Assembly: GCA_009859145.1 (NCBI GenBank)
Contig: VRVR01000021.1
Location: 20,001-268,000 of the forward strand
Source: Andalucia godoyi And28
Taxonomy: Eukaryota; Protista; Jakobida
Reading direction: 5' to 3'
DNA length: 248,000 nucleotides
Shown: positions 165,401-176,784 of the stretch, one piece after another
Layout of the letters: every line of letters begins with the position of its first letter
Position numbering within the stretch: position 1 is the stretch's first letter
Translations under genes and position numbers: made by a program
The notes under the pieces: model-generated
Database searches by the model: none
Seen by the model: the letters and a program-made list of their open reading frames with translations, nothing else
What the model was told of the DNA's origin: nothing

Positions 165401-165498
165401 GCCGGGCGAACGCCGCACCACCGCCACCACTACCCAGAGTGCCACGGGGGGCTCCCATCAGTACACACCACATTACCACCAGCTCTCGCCGAATCTAG
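162460..165498 (+). CDS. Multi-QT-motif + coiled-coil protein
   Basis: Many xQT/TQx motifs spaced through the N-terminal half; C-terminal coiled coil. Confidence 0.65.
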   Translation: MDRLKLDSFDLLQSFSAFSTHSASALSLLKASISTSLIDSHLKNAHIPSASTMAFVAGSIGAAAITTRTILSLRNRHSRHSHRSLSSEAHSVSSFSAGIPKISMSPRKFRVSRSMQTEKNADQAGAIIDVSQEVADSPGSRLLDSHAQYEWEWFCREAISQTDFGCKVAHADECTMTADRAELFVDSQTNTSCLDFQSPASVQTENATVCDTAFQAGCAMEDGETQVSFIVSDFVMQTENQLQCSGSVQTEERISRSGHTQTTHAETMSIPVQTVHSETANQDVQVECESSNAICQAGFAAFELQTIASQTSTAEMTVDQHCQIASELQEAASQNCGPDMRDTGVSVMCEMLEMFMQTSMDVQHADAQCSVMTCEASCDPCLARMVNSSTQVCCEALDRGTQAECEMEDSGLQYSPETHEIATGSDEACCRMNNGCQVSAQDEDAECQVNILPIVSDADCQSETYQMHSMNSQTAVSHFSMADGSTQYETGMAQDVNEADDELSRTVYLVIRSDSETQTDTTALNAFPPLHGSLPLDSSVGILSSSTHSSVIHNPLSSVGAAADVFTPMSDRHRTIGMDDLGEASTSPESVFSVRSDLSERSSPQLKAGLQFYKTRQQELEANRAKIMCTLKDTIRENDELKKEVEKLKIRLAFLEAKRSPSLAYGNHNYCHHSSNNSSNLSMANASVIDTSFVLPSDLSMSMLQSPPIASRREMDQRADIMMQTIQQLQQTISHLEQELASRNAVFIEKEAQLLRVRDRDDVIARENRSLKEKVDKMESDKAHDVKRIQELQRQVAAIVNKVEMLTNSLEEVSRDRESILAKSRTVEAETEREKAVRLEILQKVESLEVENNHLKAMVEQHQVERQQLIHHAQQNLVMDENLVEFARNSKKSIKIYQDLKDQIRVLSEENQRLKAQAHHLRENHRKKSLEEKENGAVALQAKRAVASVASAFAPATNTTAAPAAAIPLASVPVHPATTTSRANAAPPPPLPRVPRGAPISTHHITTSSRRI

Positions 165499-165721
165499 GT
165501 TTTCGGCATGAGCCTTTTTCGTACAGATAGCGTATTCTTCTCTTCTTCTGCTGTTTGCTATTGTAGTTTGTTTTTGCTTGCTACGCTTTCTGAACACCCC
165601 ACATTCATTTATATCCTTGTATGTTTTTTGAATAGTAACTTAAAAATCTGAAAAAATAGAAGGAAAAAAAAAACAGAAAAACAAAAAATACAATGCAACT
165701 CTAATGTTTAATCACGCATCA

Positions 165722-166375
165722 TCAGTCGTGCTCGTCGTGTGGCGCCTTGCTCTTCTTCTCCTTCTTGGGAAACTCCTTGTCGGCCAGTCCAAGGAGTGAG
165801 TAATCGAAACCAAAGACCCATTTCAGCACAGAGGCATATGTGCTCTTAATCGCGTCTGGATCTGCATTGTGGAAAAGCGTCATGATGACAGCAAGTCCCA
165901 TTGCAAAGATGAGAATGGAGTATCCCGGAACCACAGGAAGCCGAAGGAACCGATACACCAGTTCGAGGAACCGAGGAATACAGTACACTGCCAGCTCCGA
166001 TCGTCGTGACGCACGTTCAATTTCCACGGACTGCGCACACAAAAACCCGGCAATCAGCGCTTGCCATTGATCATCCTTGTTTCGCAGACCTCGTATCTTA
166101 CACAGCACATAGCAAAACAAGGACACGAATGTCGACAGGAACGATGCAGACCGGATTGTGGCTTTCAGACAATGAAGAAGACCCTTTGGGCTAAGCTTTC
166201 TAAATCGGAACAGCAGCGTAGGAACAAAATGGATAGGTGCATACAGCTTGAGCATTTCGGGAAACACGTCCACAAACACTTGCAACGACCGATACAAGTC
166301 ACGACCTCCGTAAATCCGCTTATTGTCTATGAAAACCCCGGGAGAAATCACAAAATCTGTCATTTCCCCGCTCAC
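165722..166375 (-). CDS. TMEM135/PMP24-like (Tim17 family) membrane protein
   Basis: IRSASFLSTF, SVEIERASRRSELAVY..PR. Confidence 0.75.
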   Translation of the reverse strand: MSGEMTDFVISPGVFIDNKRIYGGRDLYRSLQVFVDVFPEMLKLYAPIHFVPTLLFRFRKLSPKGLLHCLKATIRSASFLSTFVSLFCYVLCKIRGLRNKDDQWQALIAGFLCAQSVEIERASRRSELAVYCIPRFLELVYRFLRLPVVPGYSILIFAMGLAVIMTLFHNADPDAIKSTYASVLKWVFGFDYSLLGLADKEFPKKEKKSKAPHDEHD

Positions 166376-166918
166376 TCACTCTCGTGCACACGCCCTCCGT
166401 TGCTCGATTCTCGCCTAATAAATAAATAACGAACAAAATAAACAAGTACACAGTCGAACGAACGAACGAACAGAAGACGGAGATTGCTGATCGATCGATC
166501 AAACTGCCCTCGGTGCGTTTTTTTACGACTGGTGTCACGGTACCTTACTTTGTGATTCAACATTTTGGGAATTTCTGTTTTGTGATCTGTGTGGTTTTTA
166601 AACAACAACCAACCAAACAAACCAACAATCGCAAAACGGAAAGAAGAAAAGAAAGAAAAGAAAGAAAAAAGAAGAAAAGTATTCATAAGCGCGCCAAGAA
166701 GAGTGTCTCAGTGGAACGCAACGGATCGGCTGCTGATGTAACGACTGGTGACGATCCAGAATCTTGATTGGGTTATTTGCATTTCAATATTTATCGTTTG
166801 ATTTTATTATATATATTCGCCCCCCTTTTTTTTCTATTTGGGGAGGTTTCTTTTCTGGCATCGTTGCTCCAATTTGGGTTTTCTACTTGTCTGATTGTTG
166901 GAAGGCGCTTTCACATGC

Positions 166919-168510
166919 ATGGCGGAAGAAGAGACGACTGACAAGAAGCGACTGATTCCAAAGATCAAGCAGACTCCGTCGGATCAGATCAGGTCTTTTC
167001 TCTTGGCGTTCGCGTTACTTCAGGCGTGTTTTATTACTGTGTTCTCGTGGTCATCTGCCATATGTTCCTGCTCTCCAACCTTTGAATTCATGTGGATGGT
167101 CACTACGCAGTCCTCCAACCCTCAGCCTCTCAATCCAGATGCTGTTCCGTATCATCTTATTCCAGATGATTACGTTGCATTTATGCGGGCGTTTATTGGA
167201 AATGCCACTATCGGTGCTTCAGACAATGCGTCCAGGGTGATGAAAGCGGCGGCGTATGCATCGTTGTTCGAATTCTCCGTTGTTTCATGCAGCAAACCGT
167301 ATGTATTCCGTTTTTTTCTGACGCACTCGCTAGAAGCGTTGCTCATGAAGCCCTCTCTCTTGATTCAGTGCCATGCATAGGGATGTTGTTGTTGTTGATG
167401 ATGATGATATCTGGATGTCGATGCTAACGTTGATCTCCCCTTTTCTTCTTTTTATGCAGCTCACTCACGGATCCAGATTGCTCGCTGGTGATTTCCATGC
167501 CGTTGGACAGAGCCGCGAGCCTACTTTGCAATAATGGGTACGAGCACTGCGGTGCGTGGAAGTCCTTTGCTACGGTTTCGAGTACAGCCTGGTTGGCTTT
167601 GGTCTTTGGAGCAAATGGGATTAATTTGGTTGTGATTGGCATGTGGCTGATTTACTGTTATTACTGTCGACAACTGTACTTTGCGGATCAAGCCAATCAC
167701 GATGTGCTCTTCGGGTTCATGAAGAAAATTCGAAAATCTCTCATTCTTCTGGCGTTTCTGGTGGTCTTAGGAAGCGTCTTTACCGTTGGCACTCTCCTGT
167801 ATTGGGTGCTCAGCTCTGAATTCGATTCCCTTTGTCCACCTCGACTGGTTAACGGTTTCTTGGTTGGGTTTCAAGAAGGATGGGCAGTACCGGTGGCTTC
167901 GACAGGCGCGGGTGTGCAGTTGATATTTTTTGTTTTTTTGTGTGTGTCCATTCGGTTCATGAGTGTCCGCATGCAGCAGTTTGAGGAGACCGAGTACTGT
168001 GCAGATGTGGAAACAAACAGAGTCCGTATGACAGAGCGAGATGCGCAGCGCTCCGAACTTGCTAAGCGCGAATGTGAAGAAACACGAGTTCCTGGTGCAA
168101 TGACATCAATGTTCCTTGGATTTCCAATATTTAGAAAACCCATGGATCCGCTTCCGCCTCCGCCTGGTCGTGTGGCTCGTCGATCGAATGGAGATGTTTT
168201 CGGGAGTGATGCAGCAGGACGGACGTACGACGCAAAGCCGAGTGCACCCACAGTCGCACCCGTAGTCGCCAATCGGTATGAAGAGGATGCTTCGATGGCC
168301 GCCTCGTCGAGGGCGTCAACCTGGAGCTCATCCCGGCCGGATGCAGCCGCCTTTTCGCGGATGACCCCATCTTCTTGCTTGCAACCGTTGAACGTGAATC
168401 CGGAAGCCCACTATGTGTATCCGAGAAGAAACCAAACTCCCCACCGATCCGTAGGCATTCAGCCACCTGTGGTTGCCGACAAAACTCCACGCGGCGTTCA
168501 GCAGATATGA
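166919..168510 (+). CDS. Multi-pass membrane protein (claudin/amastin-like), probably spliced
   Basis: Two adjacent ORFs with TM helices; exon junction not resolved. Confidence 0.4.
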
Positions 168511-169048
168511 GATGACGCCGTCGTTGGTGCTGTTGTTGCTGTTGTTGCTGTTGTTGCTATAAAAGACATGTTGTACAGTATGTGAATGTGCTTGGCAATC
168601 GAAGTCTTCTCTCATCTCTCTCTCTCTCTCTCTTTCTCTCTATCTATCTATCTATGTTTCCATCCATCCATCCATCTATCTACTCCGACTTCACGGGGGG
168701 AATCCCAAAAACGGTGATTTCAAGTTCTTGAAGTGTCCCGTGACTCGTGATCAAACGCCTGCGACGTTTGTCGCATCTCTCAAAAGCCGGACGACAACGA
168801 ATAAGCACTTCCACTTCCGCATTCGTCACATCAGGACGTTGGAATAACAACACAATTGATTGTGCGTGATATCACCAGCATCCCACACGGATATTTTGGA
168901 ACCCTCCTATAGACCCCTACCGCATTTGGTGTCCAACGACTGAAGCCCCTCCATCTCATCCTGTGTTTTTTCTTCTTTCTTTCCACTTGTGCGGCTTGCT
169001 GTTTTTCTGATCACCGTCTGAGGTTCTCCTTCCTCTCCTTTGTTGCTG

Positions 169049-169092
<44 letters not shown>

Positions 169093-169180
169093 CGCTCGCT
169101 CTCTTTTCTCTCCGTCTTTCTTTTACACCCACGCGCGCACATTCTTGTTATTAGCTGGTGACATTTTAGTGCCATGCAAC

Positions 169181-170158
169181 ATGGGTTCATCACATTCGAC
169201 TGCCAAGATTAAGCGTAGCTCCTCCTTTCACACTCGTCGTCAGCCTGAGCGCCACTTGTCGAAGCCAGAAGCATTGGACGTTTCTACAGGATTCCTCTCT
169301 ACGTCCCTGTCCGATCATGATTTGCAATATGCTTCTGCACAGATTGTGGATTCAAGCGTGGAGTCTGCGACAGGCGCTCTTTTTGTTGTTAAGCAGCGCT
169401 CTGGGCTGATTTGGAAGCTCCGAACCATGTTTTCGTTCAAGTCATCCAAGATCGCCGTACTGGAGTACAAGGATATGGAAGTACTGAAATTCGAAAGTGC
169501 GTGTCAGCAGCTGGAGGATGACATGTCGGATGGGTATCGGTCCGATGTGCAGTCTCCAAAGCCTGGACAGACGCCAACGATGCTGCGCCACGCAGACTCG
169601 CCAGCCTCCTCAACGTACAGCTCAACAATGGAGGCGAGTGGCTCAACAAAATCCGCGAAACGCACCATTCCTGATTCCGTGAAGAAGGCTCGTAGACGAA
169701 AGCGCTCGAGCCGAGTGTTTCCTTCTGCAGATGATTTGGACGGATTTGAGCAGGGGACTCCGGCGTTCGGCAGTTCATGTGCTGCAACTCCTGGAAAAGC
169801 CAACACAGCCGAGGGAACACCAAAGCCTTGCCTGAAGCGAGTTCGCTCTACATCGAGCATCGTCTCCCCGTTTGTTCGCCAGCGCTCGGAACTTCGCAGA
169901 TGCGACAAGCGATTCACTCTCGAATCTGAAGTGATTGATATCACTCACATGATTGATCAGGATGCGCTGCGTCAGCGTCAATTCACTGCTCCTGTGGTCC
170001 AGGAGCGCATCATTGTTCGCGTATCTGATCATCATCATCGCAGCATTGTCGGCTTCAAGGAAGAATTGGAACAGAATCGCACCTTCAAAAAGCACCATCC
170101 CGCGTCCATTGTTTCCGTGTTCGCGACAGCTCCCGTCTCGCCGTGCACTCGTGGATGA
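169181..170158 (+). CDS. Hypothetical protein (MGSSHS start)
   Basis: 325 aa ORF. Confidence 0.55.
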   Translation: MGSSHSTAKIKRSSSFHTRRQPERHLSKPEALDVSTGFLSTSLSDHDLQYASAQIVDSSVESATGALFVVKQRSGLIWKLRTMFSFKSSKIAVLEYKDMEVLKFESACQQLEDDMSDGYRSDVQSPKPGQTPTMLRHADSPASSTYSSTMEASGSTKSAKRTIPDSVKKARRRKRSSRVFPSADDLDGFEQGTPAFGSSCAATPGKANTAEGTPKPCLKRVRSTSSIVSPFVRQRSELRRCDKRFTLESEVIDITHMIDQDALRQRQFTAPVVQERIIVRVSDHHHRSIVGFKEELEQNRTFKKHHPASIVSVFATAPVSPCTRG

Positions 170159-170463
170159 CCGCGATTCTCGTTTTCTTTTTCCAACAAAAAACCCTGTCGC
170201 GCATATGTATATGTCCGTTTTATGTAATTTAGGAATTCGTTTGTATATTTGTATATTGTGTTCACTGTGTTCGTATTTGGCTATTTTTTAATTTAATTTT
170301 AATTTATTTTTAATTTTTAACTTAATTTTAATTCAGTAACTAATTACGTTGTGCAGCGTAGGAAAATTACGACATTTACGACATCTTTGCTGCAGTACCG
170401 GGTCTCTTCTTGCCTCGACTGCAAAACACACACAACAATCATATTATTTGATTCCAGCCTTCA

Positions 170464-171042
170464 TTACGAAGATGCAGGCTGGCGAATCGTCTTGAGGGCA
170501 GTGGTCCATTTCAGCAGCTCATTAATCATGACATCGGCCGATTTCTCGTGGATAGGAAGAGGGGTGAACAAGTCTTCCTGCACCATCGGAAAGACATTTG
170601 GAATTGCAACGGCCTCCATGATAGGGACAATCTTCAGAGAAGTCAACAGCGTCTTCACATCCTGCACCGACCGGATTCCTCCAGACATACCTCCGTAGCT
170701 CACAAAGCCCGCTGCTTTATAGTTCCATTCGCCGTAGAGATAGTCCAAAGCGTTAATCAACGTCGCTGGAGCACAAAAATTGTACTCCGGCACCACGAAC
170801 ACAAATGCATCGGACCGATCCACCGTCCTCGCCCACGCCTTCGTGTGTTCTTTTGTGTACTTTTTCAAGCTTGGATGGTTCGGCTCGTCGAGGAAAGGAA
170901 GATTCACCTCTGCCAAATCTGCAACTTGCACGTTGAACTTCCCGTTCTTTGTTGCGTAGTCGATGAACCACTTTCCAACAGGCAGACCAACGCGGCCAGG
171001 GCGAGTACTCGCGATGATGATAGTCAGAACAGGAAGCGACAT
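170464..171042 (-). CDS. NADPH-dependent FMN reductase, paralog 1
   Basis: IASTRPGRVG, VPEYNF, LINALDYL, SYGGMSGG. Confidence 0.92.
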   Translation of the reverse strand: MSLPVLTIIIASTRPGRVGLPVGKWFIDYATKNGKFNVQVADLAEVNLPFLDEPNHPSLKKYTKEHTKAWARTVDRSDAFVFVVPEYNFCAPATLINALDYLYGEWNYKAAGFVSYGGMSGGIRSVQDVKTLLTSLKIVPIMEAVAIPNVFPMVQEDLFTPLPIHEKSADVMINELLKWTTALKTIRQPASS

Positions 171043-171093
171043 CTGTTGCACGTTGCTGCTTTTTTCCTCACGCAAAAAACACAGTTTAAAGAG

Positions 171094-171124
<31 letters not shown>

Positions 171125-171503
171125 GCCAGTTTATTATTTATTCTCCAGACTCGAAAAAGAACCCGGAAACAAAAGCCCCATTGAGCAGGAAAATGCTTCT
171201 ACACATCACTTGAACGGAAAGCGCAGATGCCCAGGATTCAGATCGCGTCGCAGCAGACAAGAAGCAGACGACACCCGGAGCCCCCCTGCTACTAGTACTG
171301 AACCATTTCCATTTTCCAGTGCGACTCCCTTTTTTTTGTTTTTTGTTGTTTTTTGTTTTTGGCCATGTCCGACGACGCGTGGGGAAGCCAGCGAAAGACA
171401 GGAATACTCCAGGAGATGGAAAAAAAAAGGCATTATTTTACCAATACCCGTATATACGGGTTTGTGAACAGGTGCGGCAGCAGGTGAAAAACAAAAAACA
171501 AGG

Positions 171504-172076
171504 TTAACTTCGGATTGTTTTCAGTGCGGTGGTCCATTTCACAAGCTCGTCCAGCATCTTGTCTGCGGCGAGTCCGACAGCAGCATCGGCGGGAGTGAAC
171601 ACGCCGTCCTTGACCTGCGGGAAGACCATAGGCAGCGCGACTGCCTCGACTAACGGAACCATTTTGAACGTCGTGAGCATGGTTTTGAGGTCCTGAACAG
171701 CTCGGATGCCACCGGACATTCCACCATAACTGACGAACCCGGCTGGTTTGTAGTTCCATTCAAGATAAAGATAGTCTAGTGCATTGACCAGAGTAGCCGG
171801 TGCAGAGAAGTTGTATTCGGGAATCACAAACACAAATGCATCCGACTCGGAGACAATCTTTGCCCACGTCTTGGTGTGCTCCTTGGTGTACTTTTGCGCC
171901 ATTGGATGGTTCGGCTCGTCGAAAAACGGCAGGTTCAGTTCGGCCAAGTCGGTCACTTTGACAGAGAACTTTCCATGGTTCTGTGCATACTGCGAAAACC
172001 ACGTGCCAACAGGAAGACCAACGCGGCCCGGCCGAGTACTTGCGATGACGACGTTCAGAACAAAGGTCGATGTCAT
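171504..172076 (-). CDS. NADPH-dependent FMN reductase, paralog 2
   Basis: Same motifs, tandem copy. Confidence 0.92.
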   Translation of the reverse strand: MTSTFVLNVVIASTRPGRVGLPVGTWFSQYAQNHGKFSVKVTDLAELNLPFFDEPNHPMAQKYTKEHTKTWAKIVSESDAFVFVIPEYNFSAPATLVNALDYLYLEWNYKPAGFVSYGGMSGGIRAVQDLKTMLTTFKMVPLVEAVALPMVFPQVKDGVFTPADAAVGLAADKMLDELVKWTTALKTIRS

Positions 172077-173177
172077 TTTTTTTCCCTTTTTCTTCTTCCA
172101 CGGCAAATGAATTGCTTCTCACCAGGGAATCAGTCAATGTGTTAAAAAAAGAACCAGAAAGAAGGAAGAAGAAAGAAGAGAGAAGAGAGAAGAGAGAAGA
172201 GAGAAGGAAAGAAGGAAAGACGGAAAGAAAGAAATAAGAAGAATGAATTATATACAAAGAGCGACAGTCTAGATGGTCGCGGTCTCTTCAACGGAATCCG
172301 CACGTCATTGCACGAGTTTTCGGCATTAAAACGGCATTAGATTGACCCATGTGTGCCCGATATAGTCATGAATCGTGACAAACTGTCACGGAATCTTTCG
172401 TTTCTTGTCGGGGAAAAATGAAAAAACCCGCGTTGACATAGTTCCGATGTCTCCGAGCGGGAGCAGATTGATTTTCTTTATCGCCGACAAACGACTTTGG
172501 GGGCGAGCATGGTGGGGAACGGACGCTTGCAAAAGACTCGCATGGGGTTTTGGACTGCTGGTTTGCGAAGATCGTCTTTTTTTTTTTTTCTTTTTCTTTT
172601 TTCCGGACACAATCATGGTGATGGTCTGTGGTGCTTTGCCATCGATCTTGGTAGCATTTGCGTGTCCTTCAGTATTGTGTGAAGCCCCAGTGCCAAGCCT
172701 GCAGTGCCGAGTGGCTCCACGCTCCACTCCCAAGTCGAAGCAGAGGGTCAGAGAGTCAGGGCGACAGATCGGCAATGTTTCTTCGTTGGCTGGTTTCACG
172801 GCCATTCCACAGAAGCAAGCAAGCAGATACGGGGGAAGAAGTTCTCTAAGAGCGGTGTACGAGCAATATGCGGAATGGCACTGGACGCACGGGGAGGCTG
172901 GACTTCCTCCTCAGTCTGCTTGGATCCAGCTTCTTTTTGCATGCGAGCTGCTGCCGGAAAGACTGTGCATGCTGAAGAGGCGGGACTGGAATCTTCATTC
173001 TGCTTTCGCCAAATCCGGAAACTTCGAAAACGAAAGACAGGAATCGTGCATCCCCCAAACGAACCAACACGCTGGAGGACCGCGCCTTTCTCTTCTGTCT
173101 TCTGTTTTCTGTTTTCTGTTTTCTGTTTTCTGTTATGGCCATTGTTTGTGAAAACAGCAAAGGTGTACGTTTTGAAC

Positions 173178-173846
173178 ATGGGTTCGTCAAAGAGCAAGCA
173201 CAGAAAGCCGACGTTCCTGGAAACAGGGAGTCGCTCCAAGCAGCAACGTACCGCTGTTCCAAAGCGAAGCAAAAGTCGAATCTTCCCCGAGCGCTCCGCG
173301 CTAGCGAATCAACTTGACAGTCCACGAAGATGCACAAGGATCGGAGATCACAATCAGCGGATGGACCGAGAGCACAAATTTGTTCTTCCAGCGCTGTCGG
173401 AAATCCATGATCATTTGGATGTACTGTGGCTCTTGAAAAAGGGTCAGAGACAAATGATGCTGGAACAAGAAGACGTTGGTTTACTATGCGAAGATCGAGA
173501 CGGACTAACCGTCATGAACGGCATGCTGGACGCGGCCGATTTCCTCTGCTCTTCTTGCTCAACAGACAGTTCGTTGCTTACTTCTCGCAACACCATGTGC
173601 AGGACTGTTTCGCCAGACACTGCTTTCGACACTTCGGGGAAGTCTCTGCATTTCTCGGAACGAAATTTGTTGGAAGCAAAAGACTGGAAGCTGCTATCCA
173701 GTCAGCGTGATGGGGCGAAAGAAGGTCATCTGACTGCAAAACCAAGCAAACAGTCCGAAGTCGTTTGCATTCCGCTGGCCTTCAACAGGCAATCCACCGT
173801 CCGCTCGCAATGGTGCCGAGTGGCAGTTTGTCAATTGCACGTATAG
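173178..173846 (+). CDS. Hypothetical protein (MGSSKS start)
   Basis: 222 aa frame. Confidence 0.45.
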   Translation: MGSSKSKHRKPTFLETGSRSKQQRTAVPKRSKSRIFPERSALANQLDSPRRCTRIGDHNQRMDREHKFVLPALSEIHDHLDVLWLLKKGQRQMMLEQEDVGLLCEDRDGLTVMNGMLDAADFLCSSCSTDSSLLTSRNTMCRTVSPDTAFDTSGKSLHFSERNLLEAKDWKLLSSQRDGAKEGHLTAKPSKQSEVVCIPLAFNRQSTVRSQWCRVAVCQLHV

Positions 173847-174281
173847 TCTTCTACCTCTTCCATTCCACAGCAGAGGCATCCAGCCCTGCTCCAAATCCAG
173901 TCCACCAGACGCATTCCCCGCCTGGATTCCAACGACAGCAGCAAAGCAAATTCGGCATAAATTCTTGCGATCTTGGGCTGCTGGCACAGCTTCGCGCTCG
174001 CATCAGCTCCCTGTTCAGCCGTCCTTCTTTGTAAGCCTGAACATTCCGTATCTGTATGACATAAACGGCGCAATCTTCTGTCATCTTTTCCTTGTGCTTC
174101 GACCACTGGAAAACCGTGTGCTGATGCTGCCGGACCTTGTTAACCGTTGCTTGCACAACTGGAGAGCTCTTGTTTTCTGCATGCATCCCTCTGCATCGAC
174201 GCACGTTCTCCATCGAGGCCACAACGCATGTGCGTGTATATGTGAACTGCGAAGTCTAGAGCCCCCCTCTGCCTTTTCTTT

Positions 174282-174351
<70 letters not shown>

Positions 174352-174902
174352 TCTCTCTTCTACTTCTCTTTCTTTGAGGTTTCTCTATCGCAAGTCCTGC
174401 CCACAACGTCTGCTTCCAAGCCGACGCGTTGTTGCATCATCAAAATGCTGCTGTCTTCTTCGCAACCCAAAGAGTCATTGATCCCGCGGAAACCAACGAT
174501 CTGGTCTTCCATGTTCGCCACAAGCTGTCCGGAATACATGAGGCAAATTGCACTCACAAACGCTCTGCAGCAACAGGAAGTCGCTGCTTCCAGTAACGAC
174601 CGATGTATCGCTTCTCATCTCGGTGTTCCGAAGCTCTATAGCTCTTTGTTCTTCACCTCATTATCGACAATTGAGCGTACTGTCCATTCCATCTCGTGAC
174701 GGTCATGCAAGCCGGTTGGTATCAAACGAACGAGCGTGAACTCTGCTGTGCACGGAGACATCCAGCGTTTTCAACAATCTCTCTCGTGCTCTCTACCTGC
174801 TGTCATATGAACCCCATTGCATGCTGTTGACGGGAAAATAAAGAGAAGCGTACAAGCACCCGGAAAGTAACGAGCCCACGAACACCAGCCCCTCAAGGAT
174901 GA

Positions 174903-175364
174903 TTACTTCTTTGAAATTCTCGTTCGCAAATCCTCCTGGATGGAGCCCATCATCTCTTCATGCGCATGCTTCGCGGTGCTCAATACATACCAGCGAGTTA
175001 GATACGGTGCAGAGAACGACACATTTTCCACAAGTTTGAGCGACCCATCTGACACCAATAACGTGATATCCGAGTGAAGTGTCACAGGTCCGGACACGGT
175101 TTCATACAGCAACTTGTGCGCCGCAGAGTCGACGGTCAGCTTGGAACGTATCGCGATCGGAACCAGCCCGAAGAAAATATGCTCGGTAACTTCCAGGTCG
175201 TACTGATGCACCGATCCACGAGCGGAAGGACTTACGCACACCTTTCGCACCAGCGGTTGACGAGACGGAACGTAAGATGGCTCGCACAGCACATCCCAAA
175301 TCAGCTGTTGGTTTGACGAATCTCCACCCGCTACTTCTCTTTCGATCCTGAACGAAGAGCTCAT
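174903..175364 (-). CDS. START/polyketide-cyclase-like small protein
   Basis: Helix-grip pattern with a C-terminal AKHAHEEMM helix. Confidence 0.5.
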   Translation of the reverse strand: MSSSFRIEREVAGGDSSNQQLIWDVLCEPSYVPSRQPLVRKVCVSPSARGSVHQYDLEVTEHIFFGLVPIAIRSKLTVDSAAHKLLYETVSGPVTLHSDITLLVSDGSLKLVENVSFSAPYLTRWYVLSTAKHAHEEMMGSIQEDLRTRISKK

Positions 175365-175646
175365 GCTCCTCTACTCCACACTCTTACACAACAGTACAAC
175401 CTCGTAAATAAAATAATTATAAAAATAAATACAATCACAAAATAAGAAGAAAAGACCAAAAGGATAACGATTATCGTCCTCGGCTCCCAGCGTGACTCGA
175501 ACAGTCGATTGGTTTTTCAGACTTCTTCTTTCGCGGAGAACATTCCTGAAATTTCGAGTTTTCCGTTCTTTGTTTTGTTTTTGTTCCACTTTGCAGTTTG
175601 GTACTCGACACGCAGTACTCTGGAGGGCAGAAGACTGTGCATTCAA

Positions 175647-176618
175647 ATGTGGGCAGAGCTGGGGCTGACGGTAGCATCGATTCCGCTTGTACTTTTGGGA
175701 GCAGTCTACTATTTTCAGGACCGAATTCTGTATCTTCCCCAGTTTCCACCGGGTTCCAGAGGTGTGCCGACAGTGACTCCGTTTGCAATAGCATCCTTGT
175801 ATGAGGATGTGCACTTGACGACGGCAGATGGAGTCAGTCTTCACGGATGGCTAATGCCCAAGCCAAACTCACCCTTCGTGCTCGTGTACTTCCACGGCAA
175901 CGCAGGAAACATTGCAAATCGACTGGTGATATTCCGCGAAATGCTGCAAGAAATTGGCTGCTCCGTTCTTGCAATTGATTATCGAGGATATGGAGCGTCG
176001 GATGGCGTCCCCAATGAAAAGGGGCTTCGGGAAGATGGACTTGCTGTCATGCAGTATCTGCAGTCTCATTCCGTCACGAAACACCAAGGAATCGTGCTTT
176101 ACGGACAGTCTCTTGGAGGCGGGGTGGCGTCGTTCCTTGCAGATACCTATCGAAGCGATTCTGTGCTAAAGGGTGTTATCTTGGAAAATACATTCTTGTC
176201 GATTCCAAAAATGGTCGGGGTTGTGTTTCCGTTGCTGAAGCCGGTTTCGTGGTTGGCCACAAACGTGTGGGACAACGAAAAACATGTCTCCTCGTTCACA
176301 GAGGACACAGCGGGGTTCAGCATGCTGTTCCTTGCTGGCGAGAAAGATGAGATAGTGCCGCATGACCAGATGAAGAAGCTGTACAGAGCTTGTGCGCTTT
176401 CAGAAGAAAATGGAAGAAAAACATGGGTATCGTTTCCTCGTGGAACACACAACGAAACGTGTTTGCTTCCAGGGTTCTATTCCAAGATTGCAGCATGGCT
176501 GAAGACGCTTGCGCAGTCCCATTCTCAGGCAACTTTCCCCCCCGCTGGTTCATCGACCATCGGAAGACGCAATGTGCATGGCGAGGGTGTTGTTTCTGGA
176601 AACGTGGACGTTGATTGA
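175647..176618 (+). CDS. ABHD13: ABHD13/Bem46 alpha/beta hydrolase
   Basis: YFHGNAGNI, DYRGYGAS, GQSLGG, ENTFLS, GTHN. Confidence 0.9.
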   Translation: MWAELGLTVASIPLVLLGAVYYFQDRILYLPQFPPGSRGVPTVTPFAIASLYEDVHLTTADGVSLHGWLMPKPNSPFVLVYFHGNAGNIANRLVIFREMLQEIGCSVLAIDYRGYGASDGVPNEKGLREDGLAVMQYLQSHSVTKHQGIVLYGQSLGGGVASFLADTYRSDSVLKGVILENTFLSIPKMVGVVFPLLKPVSWLATNVWDNEKHVSSFTEDTAGFSMLFLAGEKDEIVPHDQMKKLYRACALSEENGRKTWVSFPRGTHNETCLLPGFYSKIAAWLKTLAQSHSQATFPPAGSSTIGRRNVHGEGVVSGNVDVD

Positions 176619-176784
176619 TCGCTTGTGTCATGTATCTTTGTTGATGTATATTCATTTTTCAATAAAGAAAAGAACTGCATGTACAATGCGCAATGGGCAA
176701 CGGGCACAAAGAAGAGCAGGCTACGCCGTTGGGGAGCACGAAGGAGCACGCTTGGCATGCAGATCATCTTTTTTTTATTAATTA

